A stretch of 32,000 nt of DNA from Marinomonas profundi (GCF_020694005.1 NZ_CP073013.1:1156578-1188577), one strand, 5' to 3'. Numbered from the stretch's first letter, positions 10,376 through 20,386 are shown. Notes: a model not told the origin generated them from the sequence alone. Translations and numbers: made by a program.

Positions 10376-11680
10376 TTATTTGGTTCCAGGAATCAACTCA
10401 AGAATATCTTTGAGTGGCAACATCTTATCGTCACATTCTTTAGATCGCTGATTCGTTAAAATAGACTTTGCAGTTTCTAACATGGCTGGGTAAGCAGAAC
10501 GTAATAATTGGTTAGCGTAAATCACAATATTAGCTCCCTTTTCTTGCAATTCAGCTTCTGTTACCGAGTTGTAGCTTGAAGGAACCACAACTAACGGCTT
10601 GCGATTTAGAAATTTATTGTAGTGATCACAGAACTCGAAAATCTCTGCGGGGTCTTTTTTCCGACTGTGAATCATAATCCCATCAGCACCAGCATTGAGA
10701 TAAGCCTGTGCACGCTTAACTGCATCATCCATACCTTGATCGAGAATCAAACTTTCAATACGGGCTATAATCATGAAATCATCGGTCGCTTGGGCTTTTT
10801 TACCCGCCATAATCTTGGCACAGAAGTTATCAATAGAATCCTGAGTCTGCGGAACATCGGTACCAAAGAGTGAGTTTTTCTTCAGACCTGTCTTATCTTC
10901 GATAATCGCAGCTGATACACCCAAGCGCTCAAGAGTACGGACAGTAAATTCAAAATGCTCTGACTGCCCACCAGTATCAGCATCATAAACAATAGGCTTG
11001 GTGGTGACTTCAAGCACCTCATTTAAGGTATTCATTCGAGCAGAAACATCTACTGCCTCGATATCTGGTTTACCTTTTGCAGTCGAATCAGTCAGTGAAC
11101 TTCCCCACATACCGTCGAATTCACGAATACCTTCGGGTGTTTCTACCTTTGTATTCTCAATAATCAAACCACTAAGTGCATTATGGATATCTATGAAACG
11201 CAACAATGGCTTAACCTGGAGCATGCGGCGTAATGACTTTAAACGTAAATCTGGTGTAGTACCAATTTCCCGTAATGCCTTATTAAGCTGTGTAGAAGAA
11301 ATTCCAGCAGTATAGGGCACCTCAATTAGTTCACCACCCCATTCAGCTAGTGTATCGATAACGCGTTGACGAGTCTCACGCTGAACGCCTTCTCGCCAAT
11401 CATCGCCATGAACAACATAATCAGGTTTAAGCTTTATCAAATTGGGTACATAATCGAGTGTATCTTGCACTACAACACGTGATACACCCTTAATATTCTC
11501 GATGATAATCTTACGCTGCTCAAACTCCATATATGGAATTCTTTTGTAACTGGCAATAGCTTTGTCTGTTAGCAACCCTACAACTACTTCACCATGCTCT
11601 GCTGCTTTTTTTAATATATTTAGATGACCAGGGTGCACTAAATCTGCACTCATTCCAACATAGACAACTTTATTGCTCAT
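10376..11680 (-). CDS. ppm: Bifunctional cytidylyltransferase / phosphoenolpyruvate phosphomutase (Fom1-like architecture)
   Basis: The N-terminal ~130 aa carry [16 protein letters not shown] (HxGH) and YTAGISST (RTxGISTT-like), the GCT/TagD-type cytidylyltransferase signatures. The C-terminal domain contains [12 protein letters not shown], the PEP-mutase-specific EDKx5NS motif. Confidence 0.85.
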   Translation of the reverse strand: MSNKVVYVGMSADLVHPGHLNILKKAAEHGEVVVGLLTDKAIASYKRIPYMEFEQRKIIIENIKGVSRVVVQDTLDYVPNLIKLKPDYVVHGDDWREGVQRETRQRVIDTLAEWGGELIEVPYTAGISSTQLNKALREIGTTPDLRLKSLRRMLQVKPLLRFIDIHNALSGLIIENTKVETPEGIREFDGMWGSSLTDSTAKGKPDIEAVDVSARMNTLNEVLEVTTKPIVYDADTGGQSEHFEFTVRTLERLGVSAAIIEDKTGLKKNSLFGTDVPQTQDSIDNFCAKIMAGKKAQATDDFMIIARIESLILDQGMDDAVKRAQAYLNAGADGIMIHSRKKDPAEIFEFCDHYNKFLNRKPLVVVPSSYNSVTEAELQEKGANIVIYANQLLRSAYPAMLETAKSILTNQRSKECDDKMLPLKDILELIPGTK

Positions 11681-12975
11681 AATAACATCCTTAGCTCATT
11701 GATTATTTTATCAGAGGGCCCCCCCCCCGAGAAAAAAGGTTTTATATTAACGTCATGAAAATTATTGATGGGTGCATTATCCACTTCCTTTCTATTATTA
11801 TCAATTACAAAATCCACAAAGTTAATAATAGAGAGTTTGTTTACACCATGTTTACAGCAAGCCAATGCAGACAAGCCAAAACCATTTAAGTTATTTCTAG
11901 TATTAGGATTCAATAAATAAAGAACAGGTTTTTTTAAATACAAATATTCCGCTAAAAAAGAACCGCAGTCATGAATAATAGCATCTGAACTTATGAATAA
12001 ATCATCATATTCACCTTCATCAAGCTGCGAGCATTCTCCATCACTCCACATTCTATAGTATTTATCTGTTTTCTCTTTACCCCAATCTGGATGGTTATAC
12101 AATTTTGATTTTAATATTGGATGGGGTTTAAAGGCCCACTGCACATTTTCTTTATAACTATCTACTAAATCCAACATCAATTCCGCATAAATTAAGAAAT
12201 TAGATAGTTGTAACTCAGCATTTTCGATAGTGTGATGTGGCGCATAAATAATTTTAAACTTATTTTGTGCCTTTTTCCATGGACAAGCAACCAGATTATT
12301 CTCAAACAATGATTCACAAGCAGGATAGCCCGTTAAAACACAATTCATACCATCATTACTCGAAACAACCCTAGCTAAATTCATTGAATCAGAATGTGGC
12401 ATAAAAATCTTCCACATCAAATTGTGAAAAAGGTGATTATAAAGCGATTGATCATTACCGTGTGATGTAACCAAGTAAAAATAAGGCACGTAACAGCTTA
12501 AATAATTTAAATACGCATCTTCGTAATATTCTTTTCTGGTTAAGTTATGTGGATTAGTAAAAAACACAATATCAGGTTTAATTTCACTTAGGCCCAGCCA
12601 TGTGCCATCACTATTTAACGACTTAAGAACGGGATAACCCTTTTCTTTAAAAAAAGTGAACGTTTTATCCATATCTTCAAGCATTCTTTCTTCTCCATAT
12701 AAGGTATATGGACACACTAAGATTTCTGGTTCAAAGTAGGGATCTTCTAGCATTTTTCTAAAAACAGGATCAACTTTCCACACACTTTTATGGATAGCCA
12801 GGAATACCACCTTAATTTTTTCCTTTCCCTTAATACTAGACAAAAGCTGTTGATGCTTATGCTGCATATGCTGAGCAAGCTTTCTTTTTCTGGGGTTATC
12901 TAACAACTTAACTTTAAGCGGATTAAATAACTGCTTAAATATGTTAATTGACGATCGAAATATTTTTCTTAGCAT
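11677..12975 (-). CDS. Putative phospho(no)transferase, TagB/TagF (CDP-glycerol glycerophosphotransferase)-like
   Basis: 432 aa. The C-terminal half has the family layout IIYAPHHT ... FKPHPILK ... [26 protein letters not shown], which parallels the YAPT.R / HP / TDYSS..fD....KP blocks of the family. The stop overlaps the ppm start (ATGA). The family assignment is by eye only. Confidence 0.5.
   Translation of the reverse strand: MLRKIFRSSINIFKQLFNPLKVKLLDNPRKRKLAQHMQHKHQQLLSSIKGKEKIKVVFLAIHKSVWKVDPVFRKMLEDPYFEPEILVCPYTLYGEERMLEDMDKTFTFFKEKGYPVLKSLNSDGTWLGLSEIKPDIVFFTNPHNLTRKEYYEDAYLNYLSCYVPYFYLVTSHGNDQSLYNHLFHNLMWKIFMPHSDSMNLARVVSSNDGMNCVLTGYPACESLFENNLVACPWKKAQNKFKIIYAPHHTIENAELQLSNFLIYAELMLDLVDSYKENVQWAFKPHPILKSKLYNHPDWGKEKTDKYYRMWSDGECSQLDEGEYDDLFISSDAIIHDCGSFLAEYLYLKKPVLYLLNPNTRNNLNGFGLSALACCKHGVNKLSIINFVDFVIDNNRKEVDNAPINNFHDVNIKPFFSGGGPSDKIINELRMLL
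11719..11728 (-). repeat. Homopolymeric tract, C10 on + strand (G10 in the mRNA sense) inside the 3' end of CDS 11677-12975
   Basis: Counted directly: gagggcc cccccccc ga. It encodes S-G-G-G-P, 17 codons before the stop, in an otherwise very AT-rich gene. Confidence 0.95.
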
Positions 12976-13187
12976 TCTTACTAACTCTTAAAATTTGATT
13001 TTTTTATAACACTAGTTCATTAACAAATAAAATGGACGCTAAATGAAAAATTAACTATTATTACTCTCAATTGAAATCAAAAAATACAGCCTATTCGAAG
13101 TTTGTTACATCTATAGATGTCTTTTAGAAATCAATCTAACTATCGAAAACTAAATTTATTATTTTCGCATTACTTGATCATCAATTC

Positions 13188-14441
13188 CTATATTAAATTT
13201 AATATTTTATTTATATCAACTGTATAATCAGCCTGAATATCTTCATTATTGCTCGATTCACATTTAAAAAACTTAAGATCACATCCATAATATTTAGCAA
13301 TAGTTGAATAACATGAAAAGTCACTCGCATTATCGCTCAACCAACTCAGACCTATAGTACCTTTATTCACATAAATCAGATTAGTCCATCCTGCACCTGA
13401 TGCACCAACCAGATAGTCAACATTTTGAAATAGATATACCTGCTGAAAAAATGAGAGGTCTTCTAAAAAAACTGGAAAAAAATCTTTTTTAACTAATATT
13501 TCTAACACTTCATTTTGGTTATATTTTCTCACTGATCCTTCTTTTCGACAAAGGAATACTTTTTTATATTTTATTTTATCAGCCTCACTATCTAGGAACG
13601 ACAAATATTCTGCACTATTCAATATCGACTCTCGCAAAAAGTCTACACTTTCTCTATCTATAAAAAAAAAGTTCTTTTTAAAATCAGCACCATGCGCGAC
13701 ATTAAAAACAACATTTGAAGGTGATGTAATCGTGTACAATTCGTTAACCAAAGCTAGGCGATTTTCATTTAAATATATAATCTCATACCTTTCCTTTAAA
13801 ATAACTGAGACCATCATAGAGAAGCTTTCAATTTTCTTTGCATACTCAGGTAGAATTATTGTTATTTTTTCTTTGTTTAGAGCTGATTCAAGAAAATATT
13901 TTAACTTGGTTACTATCTCAATCGTCCAATGATAATAATTCCATGAACCGTTTCCACCTATAAATAAAGCTCTTTCAATTTCAACAACTTTAAAACCCGT
14001 TTTAATTATTGAAAAAAAACTATTATGGCAGCTTATATGACCTGTTGAATAATTGCATTGATCTACATGAATGTGAGGCAATCTCTCCAAAACTACAGCG
14101 TCTTTTAAGACAATATGAGAACTTTTAGCATGAACATAACCTGTCTTCAGCTTATATAAATTTACATCTGGCATCTCAACACTGAATTTATTTTCCACCG
14201 TATAACAAGGTTCATAAGCATCTGTTGAACTACTCTGTTTAAGCGTTTCTATTGTGCTTAGAGTATCAAGCCACACTATAGGTCTAACATTTCTTGCAAC
14301 CACTTTCCTAATGAATAAACTACTACTTTCATTAGCTTTAAAAATTAAAGCATTATATTTTCTACTCGTTTTTTTCTTAATCGAAATCAGTGAATTCCAT
14401 TTCTCTTTAGGCAAATATTTTTTTAGTATTTTTTTTATCAT
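13188..14441 (-). CDS. Glycosyltransferase family 61 / DUF563-like
   Basis: 417 aa. [19 protein letters not shown] resembles the N-x-YHW-x-xE motif of DUF563/GT61 proteins. The DNA is AT-rich. The start overlaps the stop of the aminotransferase gene (ATGA). Confidence 0.55.
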   Translation of the reverse strand: MIKKILKKYLPKEKWNSLISIKKKTSRKYNALIFKANESSSLFIRKVVARNVRPIVWLDTLSTIETLKQSSSTDAYEPCYTVENKFSVEMPDVNLYKLKTGYVHAKSSHIVLKDAVVLERLPHIHVDQCNYSTGHISCHNSFFSIIKTGFKVVEIERALFIGGNGSWNYYHWTIEIVTKLKYFLESALNKEKITIILPEYAKKIESFSMMVSVILKERYEIIYLNENRLALVNELYTITSPSNVVFNVAHGADFKKNFFFIDRESVDFLRESILNSAEYLSFLDSEADKIKYKKVFLCRKEGSVRKYNQNEVLEILVKKDFFPVFLEDLSFFQQVYLFQNVDYLVGASGAGWTNLIYVNKGTIGLSWLSDNASDFSCYSTIAKYYGCDLKFFKCESSNNEDIQADYTVDINKILNLI

Positions 14442-15544
14442 TGAAAAAAATTCACTATTATTTTGACCTGCTCATTACACATTACCGGACTAATCGGCAA
14501 GCTGAGTATTTTTTGATGGATACTTTCTGTTATTGGATACTCACTGCTATTCCACGCTTTATAGGCATTTTGCTTATGAGGCGGTATTGGGTAGTGTATC
14601 AGTGTTTGTATGCCTGCTTCGGTAAGCTGTTTTTGTAGCTTGTCGCGTTCTTTTGTTTGTATGACGAATAAATGAAAAGCGTGGTTGGCTAGGCTTTCTA
14701 GGGTTGAATCTGGACTTATTGGTAATTTTATCGTTGGGTTGGTGATGCCTTTTGCGTAGGCGATAGCGACTTCACGGCGACGTTGTGTTTCTGTATCTAG
14801 ATGGCGAAGCTTTACTCTCAACATGGCGGCTTGCATTTCATCTAGTCGGCTGTTTACACCTTGGTAGAGGTTTTCGTATTTTTTATGGCTGCCGTAGTTG
14901 CCTAGTGCTCGTATCGTCTGTGCGAGTTCATCGTCACTGGTCGTAATAGCACCTGCGTCACCTAACGCACCGAGGTTTTTACCTGGATAAAAACTAAAGC
15001 CACTGGCATGGCCCCAATTACCTGCTTTTATTCCATTAATACTGGCGCCATGGGCTTGCGCTGAGTCTTCTAATACTAATAAATTATGACGGCTAGCAAT
15101 GTCCATAATGGCGGGCATGTCTGCCAGCTGGCCGTACAAATGCACGGGTAAAATAACTCGTGTTTTTTCTGTAACAGCAGCTTCTGCATTAATGGGGCAA
15201 ATATTATAAGTCGCCATGTCTGGCTCAACCAATACTGGAATTAAGCGATTTTCGGTGATAGCAAGAATGCTAGCGATATAAGTATTCGCAGGTACGATGA
15301 CTTCATCACCCTCTTTTAGTTTACCCATTTCCTTCCATGCACGCAGTGTCAGAGTTAAAGCATCCAAACCGTTCGCTACACCAATACAGAGTTTAGTACC
15401 GCAATACTCTGCAAACTCTTGTTCAAAGGCTTTTACTTCTGTGCCTTGAACGTACCAGCCCGAATCAATAACACGCGTCGCCGCTTCTACCAGTTCATCT
15501 CGATACTGGGCATTAATTGCTTTAAGATCTAAAAATGGGATCAT
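14438..15544 (-). CDS. DegT/DnrJ/EryC1-type PLP sugar aminotransferase (FdtB/QdtB-like, dTDP-3-keto-6-deoxyhexose 3-aminotransferase)
   Basis: 368 aa. The [18 protein letters not shown]...GWYVQG N-terminus is typical of the family. It sits in a run with a WxcM-type isomerase and an LbH acetyltransferase. Confidence 0.85.
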   Translation of the reverse strand: MIPFLDLKAINAQYRDELVEAATRVIDSGWYVQGTEVKAFEQEFAEYCGTKLCIGVANGLDALTLTLRAWKEMGKLKEGDEVIVPANTYIASILAITENRLIPVLVEPDMATYNICPINAEAAVTEKTRVILPVHLYGQLADMPAIMDIASRHNLLVLEDSAQAHGASINGIKAGNWGHASGFSFYPGKNLGALGDAGAITTSDDELAQTIRALGNYGSHKKYENLYQGVNSRLDEMQAAMLRVKLRHLDTETQRRREVAIAYAKGITNPTIKLPISPDSTLESLANHAFHLFVIQTKERDKLQKQLTEAGIQTLIHYPIPPHKQNAYKAWNSSEYPITESIHQKILSLPISPVMCNEQVKIIVNFFQ

Positions 15545-16002
15545 TTCGTATACCTAATTATTTTTGCAGGGTTACCAACAACAACAGCGTAATCTGGAAC
15601 GTCTTTTGTTACTACTGAACCAGCGCCAATCATAGCTTCAATACCAATCGTAACACCTGGTAATATTGTGGCATTAGCACCAATACTTGACCCTCTTTTT
15701 AAAGTTATCCCTAGAAACTTCTCTGGATATACTTTAGAGCGCGGCATTAAATCATTCGTAAAAGTGGCATTTGGACCAATAAATACATCATCCTCTATAA
15801 GAGTCCCATCCCATAGAAATACACCTGATTTAATAGTTACGTTATTACCAATTACAACATCTCCCTCAATTAGGGCATGGGCACATACGTTACAATTTCT
15901 TCCAATTTTTGCACCTTTTAAGATGACCACAAACTGCCATATTTTTGTATTCTCACCAATGACGCTTGATGCAACATCTGCAAGTGGATGAATGTAACTC
16001 AT
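15541..16002 (-). CDS. Left-handed beta-helix N-acetyltransferase (FdtC/QdtC-like)
   Basis: 153 aa with hexapeptide repeats ([49 protein letters not shown]). It has 4-bp overlaps with both neighbours. Confidence 0.8.
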   Translation of the reverse strand: MSYIHPLADVASSVIGENTKIWQFVVILKGAKIGRNCNVCAHALIEGDVVIGNNVTIKSGVFLWDGTLIEDDVFIGPNATFTNDLMPRSKVYPEKFLGITLKRGSSIGANATILPGVTIGIEAMIGAGSVVTKDVPDYAVVVGNPAKIIRYTK

Positions 16003-16400
16003 GATTTAGTTTTCTCTTTAAATTCGGCGTAGTCACGAATGTAGTCGCTTTCATCGTAGTGCTTGCTAGCTAACACTAAAAGCACGCAGTCTTCGCTAAA
16101 ATCATGCATTTCTCGCCATACCATGTCTTCGATTAAAATGCCTTTTGTGGCCGAATCCAACCACACTTCTTCACGATGCTTACCATCATCTAAAACCATA
16201 CGGCATCGACCTGTCACACAAACCGCTACTTGTTTTAGCTGCTTATGCGCATGAAAACCACGAGCAACACCTTGCTGAGTACCAAATATGTAGTACACGC
16301 GTTTAATATCAAATGGAATGGATTGCTGGCTCTCTAACGCGACTAATGAACCACGATCATCACCTAAAGGTGGGAAACTGATTAATTGAATTAAACTCAC
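15999..16400 (-). CDS. dTDP-4-dehydro-6-deoxyglucose 3,4-ketoisomerase (FdtA/QdtA, WxcM-like cupin)
   Basis: 133 aa. [11 protein letters not shown]...IKRVYYIFG...ARGFHAHK is the typical family core. I cannot distinguish Fdt (galacto) from Qdt (gluco) products by eye. Confidence 0.85.
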   Translation of the reverse strand: MSLIQLISFPPLGDDRGSLVALESQQSIPFDIKRVYYIFGTQQGVARGFHAHKQLKQVAVCVTGRCRMVLDDGKHREEVWLDSATKGILIEDMVWREMHDFSEDCVLLVLASKHYDESDYIRDYAEFKEKTKS

Positions 16401-17278
16401 TCGCTTTCCTTAATAATTTCCAACAAATACTGGCCATAACTGTTTTTTTGTAGCGGTTTAGCTAGCATTTTAAGCTCTTCTTTTTTAAACCAACCTTGAT
16501 AAAAAGCGATCTCTTCTAAACAGGCGATTTTATAGCCTTGGCGCTTTTCGATGGTTTCGACAAACTGTGCCGCCTCTAATAAGCTTTCGTGGGTGCCCGT
16601 ATCTAACCAAGCAAAACCACGACCTAGCATTTCGACATTCAGCTTATTCTGCTTTAGGTACATTTCGTTCAGGCAAGTAATTTCTAGCTCACCACGTTCA
16701 GATGGCTGCACTTGTTTGGCCAACTGTACGACCGAGTTATCGTAAAAATACAACCCAGTCACTGCAAAATGCGATTTCGGTTTAGTAGGTTTCTCTTCAA
16801 TCGAAATGGCTTTTTTATTCGCATCAAACTCCACAACGCCAAAACGCTCAGGGTCTTTTACCTGATAGCCAAACACCGTCGCACCCTGACCATTTTTCGC
16901 GTTTTCAACCGCGTGTTTTAGCTTAGGGGTAAAGCCTTGGCCGTAGAAAATATTATCCCCTAAGACCAAACATACATCATCGCTGCCTATAAAGTCTTCA
17001 CCTAGAATAAAGGCTTGGGCAAGCCCGTCAGGACTGGGCTGCACCACGTAACTCAATTCAATACCAAATTTCGAGCCGTCACCTAAAAGTCGCTGAAAAC
17101 TACTTTGGTCCTCCGGTGTAGTAATGATGAGAATTTCTCGAATTCCCGCCAGCATTAAAACTGAAATGGGGTAATACACCATTGGCTTATCGTAAACAGG
17201 TAACAACTGCTTAGACACACCTATTGTAATAGGATAAAGCCGAGTACCTGAGCCACCCGCTAACACTATGCCTTTCAT
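16397..17278 (-). CDS. rmlA: Glucose-1-phosphate thymidylyltransferase
   Basis: [18 protein letters not shown] start. The ATG at 17278 overlaps the rmlB stop as ATGA. The ORF-track start at 17335 adds 19 unlikely residues. Confidence 0.92.
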   Translation of the reverse strand: MKGIVLAGGSGTRLYPITIGVSKQLLPVYDKPMVYYPISVLMLAGIREILIITTPEDQSSFQRLLGDGSKFGIELSYVVQPSPDGLAQAFILGEDFIGSDDVCLVLGDNIFYGQGFTPKLKHAVENAKNGQGATVFGYQVKDPERFGVVEFDANKKAISIEEKPTKPKSHFAVTGLYFYDNSVVQLAKQVQPSERGELEITCLNEMYLKQNKLNVEMLGRGFAWLDTGTHESLLEAAQFVETIEKRQGYKIACLEEIAFYQGWFKKEELKMLAKPLQKNSYGQYLLEIIKESE

Positions 17279-18342
17279 TGGTTGTTTACCCCTAAGCGTT
17301 CCATCGAGTAAGAACCGTCTAACACACGGCTCCACCAGTTTTCATTGGCGAGATACCATTGCACGGTTTTGCGCAGCCCTGTTTCAAAGGTTTCTGCTGG
17401 TGTCCAGCCTAGTGTTTTTTCAATTTTACTGGCGTCAATGGCGTAGCGAACATCGTGGCCTGGGCGGTCTGTTACATAGGTAATCAAATCATGATATTGA
17501 GCGACACCGGCTGGTTTGTTCGGTACTAGCTCTTCTAACAAGCGGCAAATAGTCTTTACGACATCTATGTTGGCTTTTTCATTGTGGCCGCCAATGTTGT
17601 AGGTCTCACCTACTTCGCCTTCTGTGACGACTTTGTATAAGGCACGAGCGTGGTCTTCTACATACAGCCAATCGCGTATTTGCAAGCCATTGCCATAAAC
17701 TGGTAATGGCTTACCTTTTAAGGCATTTAAGATCACTAAAGGAATCAATTTTTCTGGAAAGTGATAAGGCCCGTAGTTGTTAGAGCAATTGGTCACGATT
17801 GTCGGGAAGCCATAGGTTCTCCGCCATGCCCGTACCAAATGATCTGAACTTGCCTTACTGGCTGAATATGGGGAGCTTGGCGCATAGGCAGTGTCTTCGG
17901 TAAATAAGTCTTCTGGCCCCTCTAAATCGCCATACACTTCATCGGTTGAAATATGATGAAAACGGAAAGCACTTTTACGATCTGATTCTAGTCCTAACCA
18001 AAACTGACGACTGGCTTCTAACAGTGTGTAAGTACCAATAATATTGGTTTCAATAAAGGCTGCTGGGCCGTCTATTGAACGATCAACATGACTTTCTGCC
18101 GCTAAATGCATCACAGCGTCTGGTTGGTGTGTTTCGAAAACACTATCTAGCGCTGTCCTATCGCAAATATCCACCTGCTCAAAAGCATAACGATCTGACT
18201 TGTCCACATTCGCAAGGCTTTCAAGGTTCCCCGCGTAAGTCAGCTTATCGACATTCACCACACTGTCTTGGGTGTTTTGGATAATATGGCGGATCACTGC
18301 AGAACCAATAAAACCCGCACCGCCAGTTACTAGAATTTTCAT
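17275..18342 (-). CDS. rmlB: dTDP-glucose 4,6-dehydratase
   Basis: 355 aa. [16 protein letters not shown], YxxxK (YSASK) and overall RmlB-like sequence. Confidence 0.93.
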   Translation of the reverse strand: MKILVTGGAGFIGSAVIRHIIQNTQDSVVNVDKLTYAGNLESLANVDKSDRYAFEQVDICDRTALDSVFETHQPDAVMHLAAESHVDRSIDGPAAFIETNIIGTYTLLEASRQFWLGLESDRKSAFRFHHISTDEVYGDLEGPEDLFTEDTAYAPSSPYSASKASSDHLVRAWRRTYGFPTIVTNCSNNYGPYHFPEKLIPLVILNALKGKPLPVYGNGLQIRDWLYVEDHARALYKVVTEGEVGETYNIGGHNEKANIDVVKTICRLLEELVPNKPAGVAQYHDLITYVTDRPGHDVRYAIDASKIEKTLGWTPAETFETGLRKTVQWYLANENWWSRVLDGSYSMERLGVNNQ

Positions 18343-18398
18343 TTAGTTGTTTCCATATTCTTTGAAATCTTGTGGTTTATTACTCGTTCATTTTTACC

Positions 18399-18564
18399 GT
18401 CAGACGCCTCGTGCGTCAGATAACGCCTCGTTCCTCGTCTCATCCTTCAACGCCGGATTACATCTTCGTTCCTCGATTCATCCGGCCTACGGGCTGCATT
18501 TCTATTTCAACGATAATGGCTAATCGTCAGATCACGCCTCGTTCCTCGTCTCATCTGACCTACG
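18399..18564 (-). repeat. Three REP-like elements (reverse orientation: ...CATC(CGG/TGA)CCTACG) between the regulator gene and rmlB
   Basis: The copies lie at about 18399-18446 (degenerate), 18450-18490 and 18526-18564. The last is gtcagatcacgcctcgttcctcgtctcatctgacctacg, with GTCAGAT/ATCTGAC arms. Confidence 0.8.
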
Positions 18565-18574
18565 GTTTTGTCGC

Positions 18575-18895
18575 TTACGTTTTTACTTCTTTGCGCAGTT
18601 GTTCTATTTCTTGTTCTAGAGCTTCGTATTCGGCGATTTTTCTTTGTAAAAAGCGCTGTGTTAGGGTGACTTTTTCTTCTATGCCTTTTGGGGTAAGTAG
18701 GTATAAGTAACCGGTTTTGTTGGCGCTGTTTTTAAAGTTGTCTGCTTTTATTGAGCCTTTTTCAATGAGGGCCTTTAGGCAAAAATTGGCTTTGCCTAGG
18801 CTTATGCCCAGTCGTTTGGCGAGCTCACGCTGGCTGAGGTCTGGGTCTTGTTGCAGTTCTTTTAGAATTTTGTAGCGGTATTCGTCCGTTAGCAT
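18575..18895 (-). CDS. Small MarR/wHTH-family regulator of the EPS-associated type
   Basis: 106 aa. YRYKILKELQQDPDLSQRELAKRLGISLGKANFCLKALIEKG is a wHTH, followed by a C-terminal coiled coil. This matches short regulators found at the head of polysaccharide loci. Confidence 0.7.
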   Translation of the reverse strand: MLTDEYRYKILKELQQDPDLSQRELAKRLGISLGKANFCLKALIEKGSIKADNFKNSANKTGYLYLLTPKGIEEKVTLTQRFLQRKIAEYEALEQEIEQLRKEVKT

Positions 18896-19032
18896 GTTTG
18901 CACCTTGGCGATGCGTGTTAACAAAGAGAAATAGGCACGGAAAGAAGTGGTGTTTTGTGGTGTGAGTAAGCTTTCCATGCGTTTGCCTCGTTTGATATTG
19001 ATCGTTGTGTTTATAAATAAAAGAGCTATTGA

Positions 19033-19073
19033 CCCCATCCTAACCTTCCCCTTGGAAGTGATAAGGGGAAGGG
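19033..19073 (-). repeat. Isolated inverted copy of hairpin 1 of the 115-bp repeat family
   Basis: ccccatcctaaccttcccc ttggaagtgataa ggggaaggg. It is the reverse complement of the ccttcccc...ggggaaggttaggatgggg part of the 23401-26775 units, with a variant loop. Confidence 0.8.
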
Positions 19074-19287
19074 ACAAATATATGCTCTGTTCAATTGGTG
19101 AACGATGATAATTTAAGAAGGGGAATTATGCAAATAATGTTTTTGAAAATTGTTTGTAAAGTGGACGTTTTTTACACGTTTTGGTTATATGGATAGAAAC
19201 GAAATTCGTTTTACGTTTTGGTTGATGCGGTAAATTGGGCGATGATGGTTTGTTTTCGTCGACCGTTATCCGGTGTTGGTGTATTTA

Positions 19288-20271
19288 TTATCGTAGAACG
19301 ATCCAGGTACCATTACGTTTTGATCCTTGGTATTCAAGTTTGCCTTCTTTTTTTAGCTTAGCTACGGCTCTTTCAACGGCACTCAATGAACGATCTATAT
19401 GGATTGCGACATCTGCAAGCGCAAGACTCGGCGATATTTCAAGGATATCAAGAATCTGGTCGGTTGTTTTTACCCGCGTTTTAACCTGCGTTTTTACCCG
19501 CGTTTTTTGTTCCACTGACATTGCTTCATTTAATGAATCGCTCATCGCGGTCAGAAGGAACTCTATGAATTGAGTGCTATCACACCGAGCATCGGCTTCT
19601 CTCAATGTTTGGTAGTACTTTTCTTGACGCGCTTTAATAACAGTCTCTACAGGTAAAAAGGCGAGCAAGGGGTGCCATTCAGTCAAAATAAGCGTTTGCC
19701 AGAAACGCCCCATCCGTCCATTGCCATCGCTAAACGGGTGAATAAATTCAAATTCGTAGTGAAAGGCCGCTGACGCAATGAGCGGGTGGGCATCGGTTGA
19801 TTCTAGCCAAGCCAATAGTTGTATCATTAATCGCGGAATCTGATTGGCTGGCGGGGCCATATGTACCAGTTTTTCACCGCGATATATGCCAGCGCCACCA
19901 TTTCGCCACTGTCCCGCGTCACTAATCAGCCCTTTCATCATAAGGCCATGCGCCTGAAGCAGATCATCGCCATTCGTCGATGACCACTCCCCCATAGATT
20001 CATAAACGGCAAACGCATTATGAACCTCTTGGATTTCTTTCGGCGATCCAAACACAGATTTTCCGTTTACTAATGCAGTGACTTGCTCAACGGATAAGGT
20101 ATTTTGTTCAACAGCCAAGGATGCTTGAATAGTACGTATACGGTTCGCTTTTCTAAGCTGCGGTACCAGCTCATTTTTATTCACTGCGGTCCATTTACCT
20201 ATTTTCTCTGAAATATCAGACACTAGGTTCATCATAGTGTGAGTAAGTAGAAATGGCGGCGAATACGGCAT
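19288..20271 (-). CDS. Fic-domain protein (AMPylase family) with C-terminal wHTH
   Basis: Fic motif HPFSDGNGRMGR. An N-terminal inhibitory-helix-like segment reads SLAVEQN. A VKTR/VKTQ tandem linker is followed by a wHTH-like tail. Confidence 0.9.
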   Translation of the reverse strand: MPYSPPFLLTHTMMNLVSDISEKIGKWTAVNKNELVPQLRKANRIRTIQASLAVEQNTLSVEQVTALVNGKSVFGSPKEIQEVHNAFAVYESMGEWSSTNGDDLLQAHGLMMKGLISDAGQWRNGGAGIYRGEKLVHMAPPANQIPRLMIQLLAWLESTDAHPLIASAAFHYEFEFIHPFSDGNGRMGRFWQTLILTEWHPLLAFLPVETVIKARQEKYYQTLREADARCDSTQFIEFLLTAMSDSLNEAMSVEQKTRVKTQVKTRVKTTDQILDILEISPSLALADVAIHIDRSLSAVERAVAKLKKEGKLEYQGSKRNGTWIVLR

Positions 20272-20386
20272 GAAATGTTAAAAACCTGTTTTTTGACAGC
20301 GAATGAAAAGTTCAGCCTTTGATGCTAAACCTTATTTGATTAACAAACAACGAAAGACCGGATCCTACCCTAACCTTCTTCTGAAT

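Noticed and set aside
13100-13125. 14-bp perfect palindrome ACATCTATAGATGT in the 212-bp gap upstream of the TagF-like gene
   Set aside because: It is a single short AT-rich palindrome in AT-rich DNA. No second copy or adjacent regulator suggests an operator.
1871-18284. Short plus-strand ORFs inside the glycan operon (e.g. 1871-2206, 3092-3310, 7112-7393, 9513-9920, 9802-10008, 10187-10459, 10622-10873, 10998-11315, 13732-13932, 14254-14466, 14441-14638, 15668-15991, 16063-16254, 16551-16745, 16712-16921, 17268-17483, 18075-18284) and nested minus ORFs 4678-4872 and 9265-9450
   Set aside because: All are antisense to, or nested in, long CDSs with clear family signatures. They have no recognisable motifs.
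18343-19287. JUMPstart/ops (GGCGGTAG) antitermination element upstream of the glycan operon
   Set aside because: No exact match was seen on the transcribed (minus) strand. The only near match (tgcggtaaa at about 19225) is on the wrong strand.
18372-19573. ORFs 18372-18710 (+), 18889-19077 (-), 19235-19573 (+) and a 22-codon ORF at 19128-19196 with a purine-rich upstream sequence
   Set aside because: The first three are built from REP or hairpin repeats or are antisense to the MarR and Fic genes. The 22-codon hydrophobic ORF (MQIMFLKIVCKVDVFYTFWLYG) has no support beyond an SD-like AAGGGG.
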